Below are positions 35,982-47,013 of a stretch of 64,000 bases of DNA, piece by piece (the stretch's first letter is position 1; the number at the start of each line of letters is the position of its first letter). The DNA is from Histomonas meleagridis 2922-C6/04-290x (lineage: Eukaryota; Protista; Parabasalia): contig JAANOX010000256.1 in NCBI GenBank assembly GCA_020184695.1, forward strand, positions 1-64,000, written 5' to 3'. A model generated the notes under the pieces. The model did no database searches and was not told the DNA's origin. It was given only the letters and a program-made list of their open reading frames with translations. The position numbers and the translations under genes are program-made.

Positions 35982-37119
35982 GCAAAATATTTATGATCAA
36001 TCTTTTGATGAGTAAAAACTCTTGTTTTCTCATGAATTTGTTTTTAAAAAAGCAAATGAATAATCAGAAATCAATGTTGTTAACCAGAAGTTATGTATTT
36101 TGTCTTACTTCTCTATAATAACAAATCTGATCGAATGAATAAATAAAATTGTTTAAACTGTTTAAATTTTTTTTTCGAAAGAAATGTTTACAAGATTTTT
36201 CACTGTAACAATTTCATTAATATTCTAAGAAAGAATTTTATTGATTAAGTAATCTAAATTTCATGAACTGTAAACGTCATTTTCTTGTAAAAATTTATTA
36301 TCTTGAGTTTTTTTAAATATCTGTATGAATTTTGGTGTAAGTAAGCGAAGCATAAACTAAACTCATTTGTTTTTTAAGAAATTTTTGTAGATATTTTAAT
36401 TTTAAATGTAAAATATTTGTAATTGAATTAAATTTATGATATTACATATTTGATCAAATGAAAAAGTTCCAACATGATTCAATTTTTAACTATACAGTGA
36501 TTTAATTGACAGCATGGTGACAACCGCTGAAGCTAACATAATTTTTTTGACTCTTGTTTTATTTTATAAACATATTAAAAAAACATTTTTATGAAATTTA
36601 CTTGCCAATTCATGTGCATCTTTAGCAACTGTTTTTTTGGTTTTTTAGTTTACATGTAATTACATATTGAACCATATTTTTTAGTTTAGAACAATTTACT
36701 AGTAAATATTTAAAATACTTATTTAATCCAAAAATACTACACAATTAGATGATCATCATTTACATGTAAATTCTTGATTAATAAATGAAGATCTTTCATA
36801 AATTAATTATTCAATTAATGATTAAAAACAAAATTTATTTGTTGTTATATCACTTGAAGTTTTTTTATTTCACCATTTCTCATAATTTCATGGGTAACCT
36901 CCTTCTTTGGTGTCTATAAAGTTTCCAATTTACTTCGGTAAAGTCATTGAAATTTCAAAAAGCTTTTTAACAAACCGCATGTTCACAATGAAAAAATTTG
37001 AACTTTCGTTTTCTTATCGTTGTTTTACAGCATTCAAATTTTCCCCTACAAATTGTTTGCGTAGATTATAAATTGACAGGCTAACTACGATAGGGACTTT
37101 TTGTGAGGCCTGCCCAAAA

Positions 37120-38031
37120 ATGGGTTGTTGTGGTTCTGCTGTTTATCTTGATTACCCAATCGATCTCGACGATCTTGTTGCTACGGACAGCGAAGAGGAG
37201 GAACTGATGAATTCTTACCAAGAAATGATATCAAGTAAGGCACCTGACTTAATTAGAAGATTTGGAGATTATCACGACGCAAATGAGCAGATAGTGAACG
37301 CAATTTCAAAAGCAACCCCAGAAGCTCAAGAAGCTGCATTTCAAGCAGTGGTTCCTTTGGTTCGTTTTCAATGTGAAATTTTCGACTTCTCTAACACTTG
37401 CCTTGACTTTTTCAAAAGGATTATGTCCTTTTTTGTTGGAAGAGAAGAACCTACTTCAGATCTATTTACCAAATATCAACATTTAGTGAAGATTATATCC
37501 GAGTTTATTTCTATTGTACTAAAACTTGATGAAATCAAACTTATGCTTCCAAAGCTTCTTGGTGATGTCTCATACTTTAGACGTTCCTCAAGACGTCCAG
37601 ACTACAATCAATATGAAAGTTTATCCGAAAAATCATCTGACCTATCAATGTTCTTTGCTAACTCTAATCCTTTCTTTTCTAAGCTCCTTCAGTATCCAAA
37701 AGATAATGCTAGTAATCAAGAACTCTTTTCAAAGATAATAATTTTATACGCAGGATTTGCTGATATGTATGCTGCTATAGCTAGAAAGCAGACAAACGAG
37801 GATAACGACCTTCTTTGCGTCAAAGGTGTAACCTTCTTTATCATGGCATTGGATAATATTCACCCATCTGGAATATTTGGACCTAAATCACCAGTCCACA
37901 TTGTCGAAGACGTACGTGTTGTAGTCGAATATCAACCAAAACAGCAATCATTGATCAATAACTTAAAGTATACAACAAAACATTTCAACGATGAAACAAC
38001 ACTCAAAGCTGTTAAGGATTTGCTGAATTAA
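37120..38031 (+). CDS. CYRI: CYRI/FAM49 (DUF1394) Rac1-interactor homologue
   Basis: AVVPLV, LKLDEIKL..DVSYFRR, DNIHPSGIF..KS, LKYTTKHFNDE match CYRI motifs; MGCCGS acylation N-terminus. Confidence 0.88.
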   Translation: MGCCGSAVYLDYPIDLDDLVATDSEEEELMNSYQEMISSKAPDLIRRFGDYHDANEQIVNAISKATPEAQEAAFQAVVPLVRFQCEIFDFSNTCLDFFKRIMSFFVGREEPTSDLFTKYQHLVKIISEFISIVLKLDEIKLMLPKLLGDVSYFRRSSRRPDYNQYESLSEKSSDLSMFFANSNPFFSKLLQYPKDNASNQELFSKIIILYAGFADMYAAIARKQTNEDNDLLCVKGVTFFIMALDNIHPSGIFGPKSPVHIVEDVRVVVEYQPKQQSLINNLKYTTKHFNDETTLKAVKDLLN

Positions 38032-38293
38032 TAAAAGCCATGGGTCAAACGTGAATCGCTAGAGTTTGTTTCAAAATGAAAATCTATGTGCGATTGAAGT
38101 AAAGGTAGTGGATTTTGTAAATTTTTCACATCAAATGTCCTGAAATGCCGATAAAAAATTCACAAAAATTCTTCATCGGCTGCTTTCAAAATTTGAATGA
38201 AAACATATTCATAAAAAGCCGATCAATAAACATTTTAAAAATTTCGGATTTCCATAAAATGAGCACTTTTACAATAAACCTTTAATTTTTATT

Positions 38294-39046
38294 TTAATTT
38301 ATTCTAATCATGTCTATGTATGTTGGCTTGTTTGCAACATGATTCTTCCCATCAAGAATAGAAACATTGCAGTAGAGGGTTTCACCTATTGTCTGGATTG
38401 AGTGAGCTTCATGAATATGTCCAAAAATGCAAAGTGCAGGTTTTGCTTTTTCAATAGCTTTTCTAAGTTCAGGACAACCTGCATGGAAACCTGTGCTTGT
38501 TGTATCTCCGATTTCTTTTGGAGGACCATGTGTGATAATTATGTCAGCGTCATTTGGAACATCAGACCAACGACTAACAGCATCATTACCATACATATTG
38601 AAAGCCAGATCTTTGAATTCAGGCTGATATGGAGAACCGAATATTTTTATTCCATCAATTACACAAGAATTGTGTTCTAAATAAGTGATGTTTTTATCAT
38701 CTAAAACATAATTTTTAACATCCTCTATCGGTATATTAGTTTTTGAATATGATTGGTAAATGTTTCTGAAATGTTCAAGTTTCTTAGTTTCAAATGGTAA
38801 ATCTGAATTACCTGCAATTACAATATTATTTTTGATCCCTAATGCATCAATCCATTTTACAAATGAAGCAACTTCTTTAGGATTCCCAAGATTTGAGAAG
38901 TCACCTGCAAATATTAAAATATCACATTTAAATAACTGTTCTTGTGGTATTTGTTCATGCATTCCATGGGTGTCTGATAAGCAAAGTAAACGTATTGCTC
39001 CATCAGGTTTTTGTTGAGTTGGATCAACAACTTTTGGTTTCCACAT
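38294..39046 (-). CDS. Calcineurin-like metallophosphoesterase (MPPED/239FB-like)
   Basis: LSDTH, AGDF, IAGNSD, THGPP, FGHIHE motifs. Confidence 0.9.
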   Translation of the reverse strand: MWKPKVVDPTQQKPDGAIRLLCLSDTHGMHEQIPQEQLFKCDILIFAGDFSNLGNPKEVASFVKWIDALGIKNNIVIAGNSDLPFETKKLEHFRNIYQSYSKTNIPIEDVKNYVLDDKNITYLEHNSCVIDGIKIFGSPYQPEFKDLAFNMYGNDAVSRWSDVPNDADIIITHGPPKEIGDTTSTGFHAGCPELRKAIEKAKPALCIFGHIHEAHSIQTIGETLYCNVSILDGKNHVANKPTYIDMIRIN

Positions 39047-39103
39047 TCCAAAAATGATAAATTGGCCAGTTTTATATAAAGCATTGAATGATGACGTTTA
39101 AAA

Positions 39104-39648
39104 ATGGAAGCTTTAACAGTTACAGAAATAGCTTCTTCTCAGATAATGAATAATCAAATATTTTACTATTGCAGATTTACAAGTATGCTTTATTTCTAAC
39201 CTTAGAAAATGGAAGAAGTCATAAATGGGATTGGATTCCAAGTAATGCAATACAAAATTTTGGTGAACAAAAATCAGAATTTAATGCACATCTATTTACC
39301 AAAACCAAAACGAATGCAACTCAACCTAATCTTACTATTAACAAATCTACTCCATCAATTTCAGAAACCATTCAACTAAATGAAGGTGAAATCCTTTACT
39401 CACTTAATCCATTAATATCCTCTACCGTTCCAGTTGAACCTCGCACTATGTTTAAGAAGGAACCAATAATCACTCGAATTATTGGTTTCAAAAAAAGAAA
39501 TGAAAGATTAGAATGGACCGTAGTCTCCGAAGATGACAATGTGCCATTTACAATTTCACATAGTCAGCTTCGGCGTCGAAATTTGCCGCTGATGCTCAAG
39601 TTCATGAAAGAGTATTTGATGAATGATCCAAAATTATGTAAAGAATAA
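39104..39648 (+). CDS. HP1-like chromo/chromoshadow protein, two exons (39104-39182, 39206-39648), 173 aa
   Basis: Removing the 23-nt intron joins MEALTVTEIASSQIMNNQIFYYCRFT to KNGRSHKWDWIPS (chromo-like); C-terminal ITRIIGFKK..LEWTV..PLMLKFMKEYL is chromoshadow-like. Confidence 0.7.
39183..39205 (+). other. 23-nt spliceosomal intron (trichomonad short type-B-like)
   Basis: GTATG-N7-TCTAAC-CTTAG; removal restores the frame and removes an in-frame TAA. Confidence 0.85.
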
Positions 39649-39651
39649 AAT

Positions 39652-40794
39652 TTAGTAATGTTCTTGTTGCATTAAAAACTGATATTCGTTCTGTGGAAAG
39701 AATGTTCTTACATCAAAATGTACGAGTTCGCTTAGCATTGACATCCAACAATTTAATATTTGCGATGGATGATTAAATTTTGGTGGCGGATTTTTAATTA
39801 ATCTTCTCATGACTTCTTCAAATGCAGACCATCCAATATTATCTTTAATTCTTAGAATGCAATATAATAATCCATCATGATGATATTTCCCGATCATTAT
39901 ACTTCGCTCATATGAGCGACGATAGAAACCGTCCTGGAGCCCCCTGCCGACCGTTAACTCGTTATCAAAATGTATCGGTAGGTTTAAACGTTCGACAGCA
40001 TAACAAAGGGCAAAATTTGCCATCATTTCATGATTGAGTTCCCCTAATGCTGTTTGGTCAAAGTCATGCCCCATCTCATGTATTGTACCAAAGCATGCAT
40101 CAGTATAAACATGATTAACAAAATAATCAATGCAACATTGATTGTTCCAAAAAATTGGATTTCCTGCAATTGCATATGCACCAATGTTTTCACGTGTTTC
40201 ATAATATATGGTTTCTCCATTAAAAGGATATTTCCCGTATAGTTGACCCATTGTTTTATAAACATTCGACATGCGATTTAAGAAAAGTTCGATTTTATCT
40301 TCAAATGGATCAATTTCTTGAAGATCATCAATTGTGATTTCAAACCGAATAATGCCTTCACCAAATGTAATAAATTTGTCTGATTCTTGGATCTTGAAAT
40401 TGGAAAAAATTACTTTACCTTTGGCTTCACATCCCCAATATCCAAGACGAAGACCAATTGTAACTTTGGTGTCTTTGGCTCTAAAATCAACTGTTAGATC
40501 ACCTTCAAAACTGTTCACTCCGTTGTTGAATTCTGTGGAATGATCCCATGTTCCAAATACACAAATATTAGCACCAACGCCATTTGGATATTGGGGAACA
40601 ATATCAGTACCAACAGCATGAACTGTGGCACTATAGCGTTTCCCAGGAATCAAACCATTAACTTCACCGAGAAATCTTGAATCATCAAGTTCTGAAAAGT
40701 CAAGGACAAAAATACCACCATTGGAAGTGTTATGACCACCCCTTCGTCTTCCTTGATAATGAGATTCGTATCTCCAATACTTTGGGGGCTGCAT
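39652..40794 (-). CDS. M60-like (gluzincin) zinc metallopeptidase with N-terminal CBM-like jelly-roll domain
   Basis: HEMGH followed by NHEMMANF; N-terminal beta-rich domain (GANICVFGTW..VTIGLRLGYWG). Confidence 0.75.
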   Translation of the reverse strand: MQPPKYWRYESHYQGRRRGGHNTSNGGIFVLDFSELDDSRFLGEVNGLIPGKRYSATVHAVGTDIVPQYPNGVGANICVFGTWDHSTEFNNGVNSFEGDLTVDFRAKDTKVTIGLRLGYWGCEAKGKVIFSNFKIQESDKFITFGEGIIRFEITIDDLQEIDPFEDKIELFLNRMSNVYKTMGQLYGKYPFNGETIYYETRENIGAYAIAGNPIFWNNQCCIDYFVNHVYTDACFGTIHEMGHDFDQTALGELNHEMMANFALCYAVERLNLPIHFDNELTVGRGLQDGFYRRSYERSIMIGKYHHDGLLYCILRIKDNIGWSAFEEVMRRLIKNPPPKFNHPSQILNCWMSMLSELVHFDVRTFFPQNEYQFLMQQEHY

Positions 40795-40940
40795 AAAAAT
40801 TACATTTGTAAAGCTTTGAAATATTTTTCAATGAAAAAAGAACGTTCGACAAAAATTCCTTTCTATCTCAACATTAGTAATGTTTAATTATCCTTGCTGT
40901 AGGAGGTGAAACTTGTTTTAGTATGGGTGAATGATAGGTT

Positions 40941-41420
40941 TTATAGTTCGTTGTATGTTTTTGAATTTTCGATTTTTTTCTTGACTTGGTTGTGATTATC
41001 TCTAACATTTTGCATTTTAATCTCCTTTTTTCGTTTATTTACATCTTTCTGGAGTTTCTTGATAATTTTCTGATAATTTTTTGTGCTGGGGCGTTTATGG
41101 CTGTGCTTGTTTTTTTGGTTCTTGAGCTGCTGGTTTTCTTTTTGAGCATGTGATCCATGATTTCTTTCTTGAATCTCAATAAATAATATTAAAGCAAAAC
41201 CAATAATAGCAATAAACAATGCAATCACCTGTAAGATATTGTTTTTTAGAAATATAGAAATCCTACTCCAAGAATTTTTTTCATAAGATTGTTTTTTTTG
41301 AAAAGCTAATGATAATATTCTTTCCATATTCCTTTTTCTTATTTCTCTATTTCCTATGTCCTCATAGTTTGAATGAACTTTACTATGATCAATTATTTTT
41401 TCTTTCTTTTCATCACTCAT
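40941..41420 (-). CDS. Hypothetical single-pass membrane protein with basic C-terminus
   Basis: ATG ORF; one hydrophobic helix ILQVIALFIAIIGFALILFI. Confidence 0.65.
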   Translation of the reverse strand: MSDEKKEKIIDHSKVHSNYEDIGNREIRKRNMERILSLAFQKKQSYEKNSWSRISIFLKNNILQVIALFIAIIGFALILFIEIQERNHGSHAQKENQQLKNQKNKHSHKRPSTKNYQKIIKKLQKDVNKRKKEIKMQNVRDNHNQVKKKIENSKTYNEL

Positions 41421-41854
41421 GCTGATATCAAGAAGTAAGTTATGATATTAACGTTTTCGGGGTACCCCAAAAATTAGTTCCATTTCCAAGACAAAACACA
41501 AGAACCAATCTAAAAATAAAGATTAAATCTTTATAAGTAACAACAAAGACACACCTTTTCAAAGTTTGTGTTAAAATATCCACATCTTTGTAATCAAGAA
41601 ATAAGTTAAATCACAAAGTTATATCAACCAAATATGTTAATATGCTTACTAAGAAAGAAGCGCGTTGTGCTAAATATATGAAACGTTAAATTTGCACTTA
41701 AAAAAATAAACCAAAATTAAATTTTTCTTCGTTTTCAAACTCTTTTTGGAATAAATAAAATACAATCAAATAACACTAAACAAAAGAACAAATAAATTTA
41801 ATAAATAATAATAGAAAATATTTAGCTTTTTAAAATTTGAAACAAAAAAAAGAT

Positions 41855-42223
41855 TTACTGTGTGTATTCAGAAAGAAGTTCTTTAAGACCTTCAATAGAA
41901 GGAACTAAACATTCGCAAAGAAGCTTTGTTTCGCAATTTTTGACTTCTAAAAGTTGAAGAAATGGAAGACCTTCAACTTTAAATGTAGAATCAATCATTT
42001 CAACGTTCTCAAAAACATCAATTTTAATGATTGTTACTTTTGGAAATTGGCGTGCAAGTTCGGAAACGTTGATTTCAAGTTCTTTGCAAGGACAGATTTT
42101 TGGTGATGAAATCAAGATTAGTGAAATTCCTGAAAGACTTTTTACGAAATTTTGAAATTCTTCTTGTGTTCCTTTAAAATATTTTAGATTATCTGGCGAC
42201 TTTTTTTGCCCAATGATGCCCAT
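41855..42223 (-). CDS. Thioredoxin-fold protein with CPC motif
   Basis: SPKICPCK, then LARQFPKVTIIKIDV and FKVEGLPF (cis-Pro loop). Confidence 0.75.
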   Translation of the reverse strand: MGIIGQKKSPDNLKYFKGTQEEFQNFVKSLSGISLILISSPKICPCKELEINVSELARQFPKVTIIKIDVFENVEMIDSTFKVEGLPFLQLLEVKNCETKLLCECLVPSIEGLKELLSEYTQ

Positions 42224-42333
42224 CGGATTTTACACTTTTTGATAAGTCTACATTAACGATTTTGTTTGGATATTTTTCACTTAACATTTCACTTCAAGCA
42301 TTTTTTGACAAAAGAGAATTCACATGTTATTTA

Positions 42334-42903
42334 ATGTATGAATTACCCATAGTTGTTCTGGGAAATTATGCCTCAGGGAAATCAGCAATAACAATTCAAT
42401 TTACGCAAAATTTGTTTGTAGCAGATTATGATCCAACTTTCGAAGATTTTTTCACTCGCACGATTGCAATTGATGGTAAAGATTTTCATTTTAGCATTCT
42501 TGACACAGCAGGTGCTGACGATTTTTCTGTATTCCGTTTATCATCGATTCGGAAAGCAAATGGTTTTGTTATTATTTATTCCATTGATGATCGTAAATCA
42601 TTTAATGATGTTAAATTCTGGTATAGTTTTATTCGGGAAAAAGATGCACCATTTTTCATTTGTGGGAATAAAATCGATCTTGACAAGATGACTCGAGTCA
42701 TCAGCCAAAAAGAAGGAAAAGCTCTTGCGAAAAAATTAGGAGGACATTTTATTGAGACTTCAGCAATGAATAACACGAATGTCGAAGAAATGTTTATTGA
42801 GCTTGGAAGATTAATAGTTGAAAAAAGAGAAGCTCCAATCCATGAAGCTCAAGATCAAAAAGCAACGAAGAAAAATCAAAAGGAAATATGTAAAATATAT
42901 TAA
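42334..42903 (+). CDS. Ras-subfamily small GTPase, atypical
   Basis: GNYASGKS, effector YDPTFED, DTAGA, NKID, ETSA, CaaX CKIY. Start placed at ATG 42334. Confidence 0.92.
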   Translation: MYELPIVVLGNYASGKSAITIQFTQNLFVADYDPTFEDFFTRTIAIDGKDFHFSILDTAGADDFSVFRLSSIRKANGFVIIYSIDDRKSFNDVKFWYSFIREKDAPFFICGNKIDLDKMTRVISQKEGKALAKKLGGHFIETSAMNNTNVEEMFIELGRLIVEKREAPIHEAQDQKATKKNQKEICKIY

Positions 42904-43455
42904 AGATAAATTTTCTTTAACAAGAGTGTAATTTATTTTATTTTATTCAAAATTTTCATTTTGAAGATTTATTAACACTTTCATTTTATATAATAAATTT
43001 AGTGAATTTGATTAATTGTTGAAACTGTTGCTTTTCCGGGTGATTCAAAACAAAATATCTTTTAACTTCTTTGACCCCATTGGAATTAGTTTTAAATGAT
43101 AAGAAAACTTTAATAAAGATAATATTCAAGGAATGATGAGCGATATGGCTGAATTAAAAAATTTAAAAAATAAATACATGAAAAGAGAATTTAATTATAG
43201 ATATGTTAAAGAATAAATTAAAAGACTTACGATTTAATCAAGAACAAGCTTATGTAAATTTACTTGGAAAAAGATGTTCTTGGGGAATTGTGGGCATTAG
43301 AGTTTTCTGACAAAGATTAGCACGATTTTTTGATGACTTTTTCGAAGGAATTGAATTGGTTATCATTAATATGTAAACCATTCATTAAAAATAGTAACAA
43401 CAAATTCCATTCAAATTTCATTTAAGAAAAAGTGGTTAAACGGTTTCTAGAAAGC

Positions 43456-44406
43456 ATGCTAAATTGGGTGAAAGGTCAAGTATCTAAAAAGAAAAGGAGA
43501 ACAAAGGAAGGACACTTTGACCTTGACCTCTCATACATAGGTAGTCGAATCATTGCTATGGGTTATCCTGCTCAAGGCATTGAATCAATATATCGAAATA
43601 GCTTTACCGATGTCAAAGAATTTCTTGATGAAAAGCATGGCGAAAACTATATGGTTTACAACCTTTGCAGTGAAAGAAGTTATGATCCAGAATGCTTTGA
43701 TTGTCGCGTTGAAACTTATCCTTTTGAAGATCATAATCCTCCAAACTTCGATATGCTCCGTCAATTTTGTAACCATGCTTCTGATTGGCTAGCGCAAAAT
43801 GAGCAACACCTTGTTGCTGTTCATTGCAAAGCTGGTAAAGGCAGAACAGGAGTAATGATTTGTGCTCTTATGCTTCATATGGGTCAGTTTGATAATCCTC
43901 AAGAAGCTCTTAAGTTCTATGGCGAGAGGCGAACTCTTGACGGAAAAGGCGTTACAATTCCATCACAGATCAGATATATTTATTATTATGATCAATACCT
44001 TAAAAGTGGGGTTCCAAGGGATGTCCCATTCTCCCCACGAGAGTGTTGTGTTACAAAAGTTAGGTTTACAAATGTTCCTCAAAAATATTTTTCCAAAATT
44101 TCGTCCATTGAATTTCGTAAAATGGATAACAGCTACATTGTTAATACAAGCGGTAAGAGCCATGATGGTCCTCTAAAGTCGAAAGAAGGGAATGTTATCG
44201 AATTTGATGTCGATGGATTGATCGAACCAATCAAAGGAGATTTCAGGATTTCTGCCATGAAAAGTGGAAAGCCTTGTTGTTACATGTGGTTTAACTCAGA
44301 ATATATCAAAGATGATGAACTTTTCCATCGATCAGATATTGATAAGGCATCAAAAGATAAAGATTTTTCTGACGAATTCACAATGGAAGTATTTGCTCAT
44401 CATTAA
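43456..44406 (+). CDS. PTEN: PTEN/TPTE-like phosphoinositide phosphatase with C2 domain
   Basis: DLDLSYI..RIIAMGYPA, FEDHNPP, HCKAGKGRTG, GVTIPSQIRYIYY. Confidence 0.93.
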   Translation: MLNWVKGQVSKKKRRTKEGHFDLDLSYIGSRIIAMGYPAQGIESIYRNSFTDVKEFLDEKHGENYMVYNLCSERSYDPECFDCRVETYPFEDHNPPNFDMLRQFCNHASDWLAQNEQHLVAVHCKAGKGRTGVMICALMLHMGQFDNPQEALKFYGERRTLDGKGVTIPSQIRYIYYYDQYLKSGVPRDVPFSPRECCVTKVRFTNVPQKYFSKISSIEFRKMDNSYIVNTSGKSHDGPLKSKEGNVIEFDVDGLIEPIKGDFRISAMKSGKPCCYMWFNSEYIKDDELFHRSDIDKASKDKDFSDEFTMEVFAHH

Positions 44407-44805
44407 TAAAGCGATATTAAATTTATTTGTATTTTTTTCCCCAATGATTTGTCAATATTTATCGAAAATTATTTTTTACTGTAATGAAGTATCTCTTTAT
44501 GTATAGATATGAAGAACACCATGAAATTCTCTATTTAATCACCTGCTTTACAAGAGGAGTTTGTTTGTATCAAAGAGATATTTTTATTTAAGGAATCACT
44601 TTATGTTTTTTTTTAACCTCATACAAAAAAATTTATTATCCAAAAGGTCCGGGAAATCTATTTTATGTTTCTTTTTACTTCCATTTTAAACAACATTGAA
44701 AACAATTAAACAACAAAATATTTATTTTAAACTCATTTTACAATATTGAACATATCCTAAGTCTGCAAATATACTCTTTTTGTGCAAAAAATAAATTTGA
44801 TAAAA

Positions 44806-45321
44806 TCACATTTTGAATTGAGATGAAAAATAAAAATTTTTTTTGAAAACAAATATTCCAAAAATATTCCATAACTCAATTACAAATGGGATAATGATTC
44901 CAAAAACGACTGCTGAGATAATAAATGCGCTTGATCTTATATAAATGATATATACATATAGCAGAATAATTCCAACAAAGTGAAGAATAGATATCAGCAA
45001 CGGTGTGTGAGCTTTTGGTGTGAGAAATCCAAGAATTATGAACAAAAATAAAAATGCTATGAATACATCAGCCGTTATTCCCCAAGCTAAAATGCTTTGG
45101 CGAATTTCGCGGAACCTACCAGATTGGCTAGTATTATTTATCATATAGTTAATAAAATTCATTGGAATATTTGTTGAAGTATGTTGAAGTTTATTATAAA
45201 ATGAAATAGTTTCTTCTCTTGCATACAAATCTCTATTATAGTATATAACGTTTGTCAAAATATAAATAGAAATGAATGTAATAACACGTAAAGGGAATAC
45301 GATTTGTGCGTAATGTATCAT
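44806..45321 (-). CDS. TMEM107-like ciliary transition-zone membrane protein
   Basis: Four hydrophobic helices; FPLRVITF..YYNRD, ISILHF and IPFVIE..FVFKK parallel TMEM107. Start uncertain (45321 or 45390). Confidence 0.55.
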   Translation of the reverse strand: MIHYAQIVFPLRVITFISIYILTNVIYYNRDLYAREETISFYNKLQHTSTNIPMNFINYMINNTSQSGRFREIRQSILAWGITADVFIAFLFLFIILGFLTPKAHTPLLISILHFVGIILLYVYIIYIRSSAFIISAVVFGIIIPFVIELWNIFGIFVFKKNFYFSSQFKM

Positions 45322-45729
45322 CTGTACGTTGGAATTCTGTGTAAATAAAAGTGCAAGACGTTTATTTATTACATTTCTTTTTCTTTGCAATATTAATCAT
45401 AATTATAACTGTGATACTTTATAAAAAAAAGAAAGCATGTTTTCAAAATGTGTGGATTGGAAAAATTCAAGATAAGAAGCATATTTAAATATTAAATAAT
45501 ATAACCACATTATTAAAAAAGAAATTGTTAATATTTCTCTCTGTTTTCTTTGTGAAATTTTTCCAGTGTTTTTAAATGAATACATTAAAATAGTAAATAA
45601 AAATTATATTTCATAGATAAGTCAGTTGACATAAAAAAAAATAATTCGTATGAACCAGGATAAACAAAATGGAAAAACAAATAATAATAATAAAGGGATG
45701 ACATTTATAACTTATTTAGAAAACCAAAG

Positions 45730-46125
45730 TTAATTTCCTTGTAAAGGCGCTGTAATTTCATCTCCGAAATCATCAAAAAATGGATCATCAGTGTTTTCGA
45801 GTGTTTCATGTGCCCAAATAGGTAAACGATTAAAGTTGTTCAAAATTTCGTCGTTTTGATTTTTCTTACTTTTGGTTTTAGCACTCGGTTTATCTTCTTT
45901 CTTTTTTTTACTTTCTTTCTTCTCTTTCTTTTCTTTGTTTTTCTTGTCTTCTTTGTTCTTTTTTTCTTCTTTCTTTTTATCTTCTTTGGCTTTCTTCTCA
46001 AGTTCTTTATTTTTCTTTTCTTCTTTCTTCTTTTCTTCTTTGGCTCGTTTCTCTTCTTCCTTCAATCGTTTCTCTTCTTCCTTCTTCTTCTTTTCTTCTT
46101 CCTTTTTCTCTTTCTTCGAGCTCAT
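45730..46125 (-). CDS. Lys/Glu-rich 131-aa protein, copy 1
   Basis: ATG preceded by AGCGGTTTCAC (M3-like + Inr); KE-rich coil; C-terminal LPIWAHETLENTDDPFFDDF. Confidence 0.7.
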   Translation of the reverse strand: MSSKKEKKEEEKKKKEEEKRLKEEEKRAKEEKKKEEKKNKELEKKAKEDKKKEEKKNKEDKKNKEKKEKKESKKKKEDKPSAKTKSKKNQNDEILNNFNRLPIWAHETLENTDDPFFDDFGDEITAPLQGN

Positions 46126-46771
46126 CTATTTGTGAAACCGCTGGAAATAATTCAAAATTGACACTGAAATTCTTTGAAAATTGATCTAAAACCGTTCCGT
46201 AATAAATTAATAATTTTAACGTTCTTCGGTTCCAATTAAATTCTTATCAACCAGTGGTCATGAAAAAATTGAAAGTTATTATTCTACATGTCGGTTCGAA
46301 AATTGTTCACAGTTTTTATATTTGATATATTATTAATTATAGGTTACTTATTTATATAATAAAACACATCGATCAAAGAGACGAAAATTCGAGTGTTGAT
46401 AATATGATTCTATCGGTACGATTAAATTCAGCTCAATTTACGTATAAGTGATATAGAAAAAAAGAAAGCAAAGAAACATAAATATTTTATTATTTAGTTC
46501 AAATAATAGATAAAAATTCACACCCCTAATTGAATAACTTGTGTGTATCATTATATTAATTTATTATCAAAATTAATCATAAACTTACATTAAGATTGTA
46601 ATTCAGGATATGCAAAAATATTATATTAGTTTAATATATTCCTATTTCAACAGTAATTTCACAATTTTTATATTTCCTTTAATTCAAAAAATAAAAATAT
46701 ATTGGTAAAAAATCAAAACAAGTTATAACTTAGCTTTAAGATTTAATGAGAAAAGAAAACTTTTTTAAAAC

Positions 46772-46796
46772 AAAAAAAAAAAAAAAAAAAAAAAAA
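46772..46796 (+). repeat. Poly(A)25 tract in the inverted-repeat spacer
   Basis: Direct count of the A run. Confidence 0.9.
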
Positions 46797-47013
46797 TAAA
46801 TTCTTAAATTGATGTTTTACACGATTAATTTAATATACTTTATAATAAATAAGATACATACAAGGAATGATGTAACTTACTATTTATCAGAAACGTTTCT
46901 TAGATCAAAAGATATTCTCCAAATCATTACACAGTAAAAACCGATTTTTAACGGTTTATATCCTTGTGAAATGACAAAAGTTTTTGAATGTTATTGAAAA
47001 TTCAATTATTTCC

